Source: the human T2T-CHM13v2.0 reference genome, Homo sapiens
Assembly (NCBI RefSeq): GCF_009914755.1
Contig: NC_060934.1
Direction: 5' to 3' (one strand)
Length of the DNA: 64,000 nt
How positions within the stretch are numbered: the stretch's first letter is position 1; each line of letters opens with the position of its first letter. The position numbers and the translations under genes are program-made. Positions 1 through 11,900 of this stretch are shown in pieces. The notes beneath the pieces were generated by a model. That model was given only the letters and a program-made list of their open reading frames with translations, searched no databases and had not been told where the DNA came from.

Positions 1-32
1 TTTATATTGAGTTCCTGCCTTATTATCCTATA

Positions 33-374
33 CTGTCAGCCCTCCATATCCATAGGTTCTACATCCATAAACTCAACTAACTGCAAATTGAAAATATACA
101 AGAGAAAAACAAACAATAAAAAATAACAATACAATTAAAATTAATACGAATAGAACAATACAGTATAATGACTACTTAGATAGAATATACATTGTATTAG
201 GTATTATGAGTAATCTACAGGTGATTTTAAATATATGGGAGGATGTGTGTGGATTAAATGTAAGTACTACACACCATTTTATATAAGGGACTTACATAAA
301 CCTAAGGGACCCCCCATAGGTTTTGCTATCGGGAGTCCTAGAGCCAATCCCCCATGGATACTGAGGGAGGACTG
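33..374 (-). mobile_element. MER2 (TcMar-Tigger MITE)
   Basis: Ends ctgtcagccctccatatcc ... ggatactgagggaggactg are inverted; TA duplications at 31-32 and 375-376; internal aatacagtata...cattgtattaggtatta...gtaatcta matches MER2. Confidence 0.85.
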
Positions 375-906
375 TACTTGTGACCTCAGAATAGTAACTG
401 TTACTTTAGTTGGCAATTTAGCTCTTAAGAAAATATAAAAATTAAGTACCAGGGCCTGGATTACATTTAAGAATTATAAAGGTTATTTTCAAATGTTAGG
501 TGTTTAAATTTAAAGATAGACAACATAAATTCAGGCTCTTAATTATGTGCTTCTTGAAAGTGCTTTCTTAAAAAATAATTTACTAGTAGAATCAAGATAA
601 TTAAAATTAATGATCCAACAGCCTGTTGTACTCACACCAATTAACCATTGGAATGCTAAAGAGTTCTAGGAGATAGATTGCTCTTCGAACAAATAAATCA
701 GTTTCAAAGTAAAGTATATTATCTCTGTGGGGGAGTCTATAAAGTAAATATTGAATCACTTCTCAGCAATATGGACTCTTGCCAATAAATCTCAAAAACA
801 ACATTATTTTCAAAGAAAAAAGATGGCTACCTCATTTGGCACACATAAAGGATGAATGATATAGTTAGTCGAATCAGCCAATCAGAGTATACATATGTGT
901 ATATAC

Positions 907-909
<3 letters not shown>

Positions 910-945
<36 letters not shown>
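910..945. repeat. (TG)n microsatellite
   Basis: ~18 uninterrupted TG units. Confidence 0.95.
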
Positions 946-946
<1 letters not shown>

Positions 947-2809
947 ACAGAAACACATATACTGTATTTGTCTCCTAGGCCCCCCATCCATTGCCTTCCT
1001 TTACTATCTTGCACCATTTGTCCATCCCTTTCACAAGCCTATAATTTTGCCAGAGAGCAGAAATTGTGTCTTCATCATGTTTGTTCTCCATTTCCCAGTC
1101 CTGTACTTCTGCAGCACCTGCCTAGCTATGTTTTACATAAAGAAAAAATTCAAGACAAGTATAGTCTCATATGAAACAAAATAATCAAACTACAGATTAA
1201 TTCAAGTTTCTTTTTGCACATTTTGTTAAAAAGAAAAGCTAACATATTTTAACTGGAAAATATCTGCCAATTTCTAAGTCAACACAGGGATCTAACTTTA
1301 AAAACCCCAAAGGTCTTCCTGAACATTTTTACACATATATGTATCCAGGAGTATACTTAAGGTTCCTGTCCCCATCTTGAGTGTTTTCGAGATTGGACTC
1401 TTCTTTCTATGCCTTGTATTGGTCAATATGTGTGTAGTAAGAAGCAGAGAACTCTGATTTTGAGCTGTCACTATCTTACCCACATCTTAAATCCATCATA
1501 AACTACGTTTCTTTCCTGAAGACCCAATGTGCAAAGAAGCATCATAAAACTACAGTATAAACATAGGAAATCTTAATGTTCACACTAATGGAAATAAGAG
1601 CTAAATGTTGAGAATTAGTGTTACAGAGAATCAGATGCCTATATTGTGTTCACCTCTCTAGGTTCTAAGGCCAGTAAGAATTAGATAGAGTGATAGATAA
1701 GCAACAAAATGTAGTGGTTAAGAAGGCAGGCAACCACTTAGGCAACTCACTAGACGAGTGATTTTATACAAATTATTTAAACTATCTAAGTCTTCCTTTT
1801 CTCAACTGTTAGTCTTAGAAGGCTTAAAATAGGCAACCTCTGTCCAGCATGTAGTATAGTACCTGTGCTACATAGTAAATGCTTAATGAATGAAAATAAT
1901 GAAGAGAATATTAGAGACGTGTCCAGGCCACGCATCAACTGACAGACGCAACAAATGCCCACAGCTTCTTCAGGTGGCTAGGCAGAGTAACAGCTGCAGA
2001 AATCCTAAAGAAACTAAGGTAGAACCTGCGGTAACATCTAGGCCGTCCCTGACACTTTGCCAGGGACCCAAGCTGCAGTGTGATAATTGCTTACACTATT
2101 TATCTCATATAGCACTTATATTTTATCAACTGCCTTAACACTTAGAAACCAAAATAGTGATTAGTGACAAAATTTTCAAGCTGGGAGTCAAGCCGGTAGA
2201 AAGGTATTTTCAATCAAGAGTTTCTTAATATTACTCAAATAATACCAAAGGGACAGCTTTCTATTTTGACTCTAAGTAAAACTACCAGCCTGTATATAAA
2301 GGTCAAGCTTCATAGGACAAAATAAACGTTGCTAGCCAATCTCCAAACACACATCAAATTGCGCATACCTTAGCAAAACCCAAAGCTAGTTATGAAAATC
2401 AGCTTATATAAATGAAACAGATAGTAGAGGCATCAAAATGAAAAAGAATAAAGTCATCATCAAGTGTATTTTTTAGAAATTAAAACATTTCTTTAAGTAA
2501 ATTGAGAATTTAAAGACAGTGTGATACATACACAAACATACATGCATAAATATATACATGTATATATTTAAGGAATATATGTAAATAATATATTTAAGGA
2601 TGCCAATTTCCCAGAATAAAGTATACTTTAAATCCCACTTCTTTCCAAAGACAAAGAATAATGCTTCAGACATGACCACCCCCCAAAAAAAGGAAAACAA
2701 AAGAAGAAAGTATTTACTATTTTCTACATATTGCTTACATTTAAATTAAAAATATAGCTAATTTCCTCCAGGATAAATTTATAAATGCCCAGTTTTATTG
2801 GCAATTCTA

Positions 2810-3095
2810 CAGATTAGGGAGACCAGTCATAGTCACTAAGGTGAAAAAGGTAATGATACTTTGAGCCGAGATAGTGGTAACAGAGATGAGAGATGTGTGT
2901 GCCTGTCATTGATGTCAAGAAAGTAACTGGCAAATCATGGGACATTTGGAACAAGAGACAGGGAGTCAAAGTAGATGGGCAACAAGTAGATTAAGCTGAC
3001 TTAATCTAATAAGTATTCCCTAGAACAAAATAGGGACCAAGGAAGAGGAACCAGTTTGTATTCAGAGATAATGAGCTCAGTTTGAAACAAATTTA
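2810..3095 (-). mobile_element. L2 LINE relic
   Basis: Purine-rich L2-minus pattern (agggagaccagt..., agagataatgagctcagtttgaaaca). Confidence 0.45.
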
Positions 3096-4516
3096 AAGAC
3101 AAATTAGAGAAATATCATTAACTAGAAGAAGACTGAAATGCCTATTTCTTATTTTATATGTTAGTAGGTAGAAATAAACTCAACTGAAAACCCCTTAAGT
3201 TTAGTAGATGAAAAATAAAAGTAAGAAAATACGCCTCTGAATTTCAAGATAAAATGCAGAAAAACATTTCGATAGTGACAAGGACTACATCTAAAAAACT
3301 GAATTTCTTCATTAAGAAGTCTGTTTCTTTCACTGTATGCAGATGATCAAAAATGATATTTACAAAAACCCTAAACTATCATCTTTTCAACAACCTAGAG
3401 AGTTAGAAAACTTACTAGATAACATTCAGCCTTACAAAAATGGGAAGATTTCCCCTGTGATATATGAGGAGAGCATGAGAATTCTCTCAATGAGTAGAGA
3501 TATTTATACATACTAAAATCTCTATTCAGACATAACACTTACCAAGCAAACTAGAGAGAGAATTCTAGAGAAGGAAAACATGGCCTTTTTGTTATTCCTT
3601 CACAAAAGAAGACTGTCATTTTCTGTTCTTCAGAGTATTTTGTACTTTAAAAATAACCTTTTCTATCCAACAGAAGAGATTCTTGAGTGACCTTAACCAA
3701 ATTATGAGAAATTCATATGAATGTTCATATATATACAAAGATATTTGTACAAATATACCTAGATATTACTTATATAGTTAATATGTGGTAAAAATTATTA
3801 TTTTTACTTAATCACAACTTAGAAACTTTAAAAAACTATTCTTATCCTTTATAATCACAAACTCAAATATTACATATGAATGGGAAAAAGACCATTAGTA
3901 ATTAGTTATTTTTAACCATCTAACTTTGTACTTTTTATGTGAAAGGTACATAGCATTGATGTTGATACGAGACAGTGATATGAGACTTGGCACATCACTG
4001 GAAAATTACTGCTAGGGCAAATATCATTGATGTCAAGACACTACTAGTGTAGCAGAATCGAAATTATTCCTAAGGGAATTTCCTAAATAATGGGTCAGCT
4101 ACTACTACTCATTATTACAATAGCATATAACGATTTTCTTAGCTAAGAGTATACATGATAATGCTTTCTAGAGAGTAAGTTTTTATACCCCTGAATCTCC
4201 ACAATTCATAGCCTTAAGAAGAATTACCTTTCTTGGAAAACGGTGATTTAGAGGATTAAAAGAAACCAGAAGTAATGATAAACAGGAGTTTAGCAGGGTA
4301 AATTCATGGAGAGAAACTTAATTCTCAGAAAGATATGACAAGAAGATTCTATGGACACTTTAAATAGAGCCTTCCAACAAAAGATCTGGAGAAGCAAATG
4401 CCTTATTAGATTTAAATTTCCTATTGCCCTTCCCTGAGCCTATTCCAACTAGCTAGTTCAGACACTTAGGGTAACTGTTTATTTTATGAAATAATGTATT
4501 TGGGTAACCTTCAGGT

Positions 4517-4589
4517 AGGTTGACTAAGTCATTTATTGTCAAAATGGGACGATAAGCATAAATTGGGACTGTACTGTTGAACACCCTAA
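4517..4589. mobile_element. hAT-Blackjack (MER94/MER81-like) remnant
   Basis: taggttgac...atttattgtcaaaatgggac...aattgggactgt...caccct a resembles the TAGGGTGACC...GGTCACCCTA termini. Confidence 0.45.
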
Positions 4590-7500
4590 TCTCAGGAGAG
4601 ACCATGTTAATAAAAATTAGGTAAAAATGGAGAAATAGAGAGAGGTTACTGTGAAAAAAAGAAAAGAATAAAAGGACCCAAAGTCACTTGATGGTTATGT
4701 GAAGAGAATGGAATTTATTGTGAGTTGGTGACAGGAAGGGATCTACAAGGTTGAGTCAAACAGATTTGTTTTTTTAATGCCAGCTGGTAGCCTCTCCATT
4801 ACTACCCAGCGACCAGTCATTTTTTGGTGCAAGGACATACCCTCCCAACAAAACTGAAACTCCCCCCCAACAAAAGATTGCTGAATTCACAGTCGTTGCC
4901 CAAACCTCTGCATCAGGTATTTACCCTGGTGTGAAAAATACCATATGCAGATTTTAATTTCTTATCATTTTAGATTTAGTTTATTTGAAACATAAATAGG
5001 TTTCATCCTAGTCACACTCCTTTTTCAAATTATGGCACTAACACAAATTGTCATTTGCCATATTCTCAAACAACTGACTATAATTTGAAAGGGACGGATA
5101 ATCTCTTCATGGAAGAACCAAAGAATACCTCTTAAGGCAATACCGTGATGTCAGGCAGCAGGTAGTGCACTGCTACTTGAGCAGAAAATGTGTTGCACAC
5201 TCAGCATCTGACTTCCTACTCGAATTAACTTATGTAAAAATCTAATACCCTAAGCTGAGAAAGTAATCAACATATGATGTTGATATAGAGAAGAAAAGAT
5301 ATTACAAACAATATATGTAATATTTTTCATGAGGAAGACTTGCTCTGACAAAGAATAATTTTCTCATTATAAATAATTAGAAGCAAAAATATCCCTCCCT
5401 TACAAATTTAGATAATAGAGACTATTTTTATTTTTATTACATTTAAGAATCATTGGGTTCCTAAATGGATATCCTACATGGATATTCTAACGAAATAAGT
5501 ATTTCCAGATAGCATAGCCTTTTAATGTCATCTCATTAAACAGTGAACTAGGTCTTTTAAATTGAAGTAAAATTTATTTTCATTCTACATATTTTAAAAT
5601 ACATGATAGCAATTGTATTTAATGTAAACATCTAGTAAATTATTATTTATAGTAATTGGGGGAACAGTGTATAATTAAAAAGAAAATTACTGGCCATATT
5701 CTATACCTAAATCACTTGGTCCTTCCACTGATATTTAGGTTCTTCATATTGTCAAGCATGGTGCCTCATATATCACACAGTTTCAATAATTTTTATCCAT
5801 CTGATTAGCCACAAAAGAATAAACATACCTTGTACTACATCTGTATACAATACTTATAAATTAAAAATTGAGGAAGAAATGACTTAAATTTAACCAAATA
5901 TTTTATATATTAAAAAATTATCTTACTTGACATTCCAATAAAATTGTCAGTGCAAAATATTCATAATTCAACAAAGACTTACCTGAACACAATTTGAAAA
6001 ATTTATGAGTAAATGTACACACATGTGCATACATATACCATATCATGTATATATCCATAGGTATGTATACTATATTTACATGAATCTTATATAGATGTCA
6101 TGAGTATGTAAAAGTGGTCCAAAACTGATGTATCACCAAAATTTGCATTTTCCATACCTGATTTAAATGATTTTGAAACTATAAGTAATTGGCTTTAAGT
6201 TTATACATATATGTGTATATACATATATGTTTATATATTATATATGTATCTGTATGTGTGTACCCCTATATATACACATGGGTATATATCCAATGCTAAC
6301 TCTCTTAAATTTTCAAAATCATTTAGGTCAACCTGGGAAAAATCTACTGTGATGCTGTATTCAGATATGGCTAGCTGTTACATTCTACTTACTGATACAT
6401 CTTACTATGTTATTTTATTGTTAATAAGATAGAATCAACTTTAAAATGCACTCTCAATTACATGGAAATGATATATGTTAAACATTCACGTTGCTTATAA
6501 GTTCCATCCTAATTTCAGAAATAATAAAATGTGAAAAAATGTGGATTTATATTTAAACAGTATAATCATGGCATAAAGTATTTCAAAATAAGACATATCC
6601 AACAGTAAGAAACTCACTAAAGAAAATAATATGTGGGATTTTTAAAACAGATCATCAGAGCTAACTATTTAATTGATAATGGTTCAAATTAGGACTTGCA
6701 CTCTGCATACCAGTCAGTAGCCTTGATACATTAAATCAAGCAGGAAATTGTGTGTGCACACACACACACAGAATAAATGTATCATGGTTTATTATTTTTC
6801 ATAAATCATCACCATAGAAATTACAAATTATTCACAGTAGAGTTAATTCTAAGTAAGCCAGAAATGATTCTGCATATATGAGGCATAAGTTTCCATGACG
6901 AATAAGGACAAGTATATAAAATCCTACAGATATATGACCCATAACACATTACAGAGCACTGATTTCCCAGAGGATAATGTAAAACTCGTGTACCCAGTAA
7001 CAGTTCTATTTTTGTTCTCTTCTATAACTCAAATCTATTCATGCTGCACATTTACTTTTACATAAAAATGTATTTTAGTTATCTGGGCTATTTCATCTGT
7101 GACAACAAGATTCTTATTTATTTTAAATGGAAGTATCCTATTTTATTCTTAAGCATTTTCTTTACGATCTTTCAGTCGCCTTGACCATTTTTTAAAGTAT
7201 GTGATATCTTTCATTCACGCATCAGATAACTTCATGTTTTAAATCTTAAAAATCCACATAAATAGGAAGAGTTACTCTGGAATTTTCATTTAATAAGCTG
7301 GATTACATTTCTCTAAGAACTAAGCTATATATATTTTATATGCCGAAATATTCATATTATAAGCAAATAATCTTAAAAGAAGTGATTAGTTTTATTTTTT
7401 ATTTTTTTGATTACTTTTATTAAAGAGATAAAAGGTAATATTTGCTCCAGGAATTTTCACTGAAGTAGAAATACATGTAAGTAGAACTGTAGGGATGGAA

Positions 7501-8197
7501 ACAGAAGTGGCAAAGACGGTTCTAATGCATGGAGAGAAGGGGAAAGAATGTAAAGATGCAGTTAATAAAAAAATAATACCTAGGCCTTCTATTTTTCTTA
7601 GCTTTGGACTCTAATCTCAGCTAAGATCAGAAAGGAAGTTAGTCTGATGTGCTCAAACAAATATACATTCTATCTGTTCACCAAACAAGAATGGCAGAAG
7701 CTTTTATCCTCCAGAGAATTCAACAGCATGAATTAGTAATTAGGATATTAAACCAAGATCAGGACTGAAGGTTCCTGAAATCTGCCTACTTTTTAGGACA
7801 AGTTTTTATCTTATTGAAAAAGAAATGGGAACTATCTCTAGACTTTGATATCTGATTATATTTCAGGCTCCCCTTTGTCTGTAACTGTGTTTCCCTTCTC
7901 ACCATGGTCATGCTTGCTTTTTCCCTCACTTTTAGAACTTGCTTTCTTTAGTTGGCAAGGGAGTCCCTTCCTCATGTATACTACTGGTTCCTTCAAACTA
8001 GCATCATCCTTTGATGCTTTTTGGACTTTCATAGGAACCATAGATTTTTCCTGGGAATTCTCTATGCTCATCTAAATTTTAGATATATGGACCAAACTAC
8101 AGACATTAATATTTTAAGGAATCTTCATGATAAAATAAATATTAAGAAGTCATGGGTAAGAATAGCCAGAATGGCTTGTCTAGATAATTCTCTTCTG

Positions 8198-8377
8198 CAA
8201 TGGTTATCGAAGTGTGGTGTGTGGATTAATAGTCCAGCATCATATAGGAACTTGTAAGACATGTGGATTCCAGGACCTATACCAGACCTACTGGATGAAA
8301 AACTTGGGTGGCAGGGGGTTGACTAGTTAAAGAAGTGGGTGGTGATTTTTGTGAATGCTAAAGTTTGAGAATCACTC
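8198..8377 (+). mobile_element. MER5A (hAT-Charlie)
   Basis: caatggttatcgaagtgtggt ... ccagacctactg ... ggtgatt..tgctaaagtttgagaatcact. Confidence 0.75.
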
Positions 8378-8744
8378 TTGTTCTATTGTATCCTAACCAA
8401 ATAATAGGATAATTAACACTAATAATAATAATAATAGTGTTTATCAGTTCTAAAAACACAATTATTTTCCCAGTTAGCGAAAGCAATTTTCTGACTGTTC
8501 CAATAAATCTTTTATCATTTTCAGAACCATGTAGGCTACTACTTATCCAAATCTTCTAGTAAAGAATTAAGCAGTTTCATCCCAGGATTTAAAACTGTTG
8601 CACTGATCTCACCATATAGGAATAGGGGGCATTAGCGGGATAATATAGGGACACCTGGGCCACAGGGCCACAGATATAACCATGGAGGTTAGTCAGGTCA
8701 GCACTTCAGTCTCTAAATCTTTCCCCTAAAGTTGTCCATATTTT

Positions 8745-8778
8745 TATAACTGACTTTTCTCATGTCATTTTTCCCCAG
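8745..8778 (+). promoter_or_regulatory. LRRTM3: 3' splice site (branch point, polypyrimidine tract, AG) of the LRRTM3 last exon
   Basis: taactgac branch-like motif at ~8747-8754, then ttttctcatgtcatttttccccag. Confidence 0.85.
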
Positions 8779-8988
8779 ATACCTTTATCAATGAATGTGT
8801 CAACCTTTCTGGCATACGACCAGCCCACAATAAGTTACTGTGGGGTGCATCATGAACTTCTCTCCCATAAGTCCTTTGAAACGAATGCACAGGAAGATAC
8901 GATGGAAACACACCTAGAGACTGAGCTGGACCTGAGCACAATCACAACAGCTGGCCGAATCAGTGACCATAAACAGCAGCTAGCTTAA
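8779..8988 (+). CDS. LRRTM3: Terminal coding exon of leucine-rich repeat transmembrane neuronal protein 3 (long isoform cytoplasmic tail, 69 aa + stop)
   Basis: Acceptor ttttctcatgtcatttttccccAG ends at 8778, then phase-0 ATA CCT TTA TCA ATG... = [69 protein letters not shown], stop TAA at 8986-8988. Matches the recalled LRRTM3 C-terminus that follows ...RECE. Confidence 0.93.
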   Translation: MPLSMNVSTFLAYDQPTISYCGVHHELLSHKSFETNAQEDTMETHLETELDLSTITTAGRISDHKQQLA

Positions 8989-11900
8989 CTGAGATCATTG
9001 GTAGCCAGGGGTTGCTACCAAACTTTGTAACCTCAAGGACAAAATGAGGAAGATGTGTTCATTGTGGACTCTAAAAACAAAACAAAACACAAAATCCCCT
9101 GTTCAAATAAACAAAAAATCCAAGATTGATTCATGAAATAAAGAAGACATGAATTGTTTTAAGTCTACACTTTGTAATTAGCTAAGTTGTGCAGTATTTT
9201 TTGACTTAAACAGAGTATGACCCTGAAAAATAAAAGAATCTTTTTTTTTCAAAACTCATCCTACCTACCTGTAAAAACTGTACAAAGCTAATGTATTTTT
9301 CATATTGTAAAGTTTCAATTGTAGAAACAACTGGTATGTACAGTACCATAATTTAATTACATTTTACTTTAAAAACTTTACACATTTCAGTTTCTAAAAT
9401 TTTAAATTAACAAAAATTATTTCTTGTGTTATTCAGAGTTACTCAGTTTTGTAAGGACTGTTTTGTTACTGCTTTTGTGCCCAGAAACCTTGACTCTAAA
9501 ATTCTGTGCTGTGCGAAACATGCACGATTTTTATTATGCTTACTGCGTAGAATTTTATCTACTTGTTCCAGAAATAATACATTAACCAAAAAGGATTTAA
9601 TTGTTCAGACTTGTAAGAGGTTCTTCAATTACATAGGCAGGTTTTTCTTAAAAATGAAAAAAAAATCAAAGATTTTTTTAACAGTTCTCAGACTTAACTG
9701 TTGCCTTGAATTACAGCCTAGTTTCTAAGCAGTGAAATGTAATGATAAAGAGGGATATTTTAACATATTTCCGAATGAATGACTCATTATTTCATTCTTT
9801 TGAGTAACCATTGTTAAGGGTTGGGGGAAAGCATGGACAAAACATCACTGGAAACAAAGGCTGTAACCACAGCAACAGACTTTGTGATACAGTTAAAAGG
9901 TGCAGCTGCCAGTGACAAATAAAAACTTTTGTTACATCTCATTATTTTCAGGCCAAGGTGGGAGTATAGTGCATAATAATTGTACAGTAGCAATTTTTAT
10001 CCTAATTAACCCATAGCGGTTTACCTAAAAGTAACCATCAGTCAGTGCAAAATGTGCCTGGTTCTTAAGACAACTTTTTATTTAGAACTGTGAGACCGGT
10101 ATTTTGGAAACATTTCAAAGGAAACATATGAATTTGTTTTGCGTTGTGCACTACATCATTTCTCTCCTGAGGAAGAATTTTAAACATGTACAGCTCATTC
10201 AATATAGATATGAGCCATGGTGGAGAACTTTATCACTCAAGTAGACGGTAAACATCCTTAATATGTTCTAAATTGTTTATATTGCTATCCATAATGGGAT
10301 TCACCTCCAAATTATCAAAGAAATAACTCAGAGTAATTTGACACCAGCCCAGATCATATATTGATTATACAATTGTATTATAAAGTTCATTCAAATCAAA
10401 TTAAGAAAACCTGAGTCTTTAGAAGCTGAAATAATCAACTTGTTTGTGCTGTTTGCTTGACATAGGTTATTGTTTGAAAATATTGTTACTTTATCAATAG
10501 TAATCATGCATTCTTGTGTTTTTTTTTAATGGAAAACTGCAAGTTTCAATTACTGTTGCACTAGAAGTGCTTTTTATGTTGTCATTTTATATTCATGCCA
10601 TCAAAAGTAGATTGACAATACATCAATCTAACAGGGGCCAATCAAAACAATGAAGAAAAGAATAACTGAAAACAATGTCAAACTTTTAAATTTTTATCTC
10701 TTCCAAAGAAGTTATATCTATAAAATCTAGTTTTATGCAGGTTTGTCACAGCAAATGTAAAAGCGGATTCAAGAAGAATGAACTTAAAAACTGTGGAGCA
10801 AATTTTTGTTGAAAATATATAAAGTCAGAAAGAAAAAAGATGTAAATGTTGGAAGAAGCAAATTCTATTACTAATTCAAATGAAACTAAATGTCAAACAC
10901 AGTACTTGTGTCAACTATTTAGCATCCCAGATTTTGTAACATATTTTGCATAAATTATTTGCTCTTCAAAAATTTTTGTCATTTTAAATCTAATTTTAAT
11001 CTTTATGTTTTCCATTTTCTAATTTCCTTGCAATGTATTATTCTTATTCTTAATTCTCTACATTGAAATTTGGCTTTACGTCGTTAGCAAATTTATAAAG
11101 GGTTATAAAGCTATGATTCGTGAGTCTAAAATCAAATGCAAAATTTTATTTATTATGTAAACCAAAATGTCATTTGCAAGTTTTCTCATTAGAAGTTATC
11201 CTTGCAAAGATAGAAAAAGAAGAATTAATTTGTGTAAACAAGCACAAATTAACATATTTGTTAATAAATAGGTTTATCTACTAATAAACCTATTTCTAGA
11301 CACATTCAAATTGATAATGATTTTTAGAAATGTTAAGGTTCCAAGGAGTCTTACAAGTGTATGCCCTTGATTTCCTGAAGGAAACCACTTTCTTTCTTAA
11401 ATATTTTAAATTCATCTAAAGTGAACGACTATAAATAGAAGCAATCACCTTGGAACCACAGCTCTGTGCAACCAAGGCCCTAAGCTACACCAAATACGCC
11501 AGGAATTTTGAGACTTCTCATCTTTAAATTCAACCAAAAGGGTCTTTAGCAAGAAAGAAAATGCTGGATGATGATTATTATTATTTTTGCTTAATTTTTA
11601 TTTTGCCATGTCCAGGTTAAGGGTGAGGGTGGTGACAATCTGAAAGACTGTGTCTGGAATCTTTATCACATATTTCCAATTTATTTCAGTTTTTGTCTAA
11701 AACTTGCATTTCTAACCTATCTTTTCCAGCATTTGATAATCTCCCATTTCCTCCTTCTAACCCCCATTCCTATGTCTCCCTTCCTGTCTATTCCTCACCG
11801 ATTTAAACAACTGAAATGTTTACTTATGTTTGGAGCTGAAAAATGGAAAGTTTCACCCAGCATGGTTACAATAACAGCCAGCAGCTGCAGCAAACCATAA

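Noticed and set aside
852-1184. ORFs containing CVCVCV or YIYIYI (also at 25902 and 44438-44834)
   Set aside because: Translations of microsatellites.
7845-8075. + strand 76-aa hydrophobic ORF
   Set aside because: Non-ATG start; it is the antisense shadow of the minus-strand ORF.
8791-8988. Stand-alone 65-aa ORF starting at ATG 8791
   Set aside because: The Met is internal; the frame extends to the splice acceptor at 8779 and is the LRRTM3 last exon.
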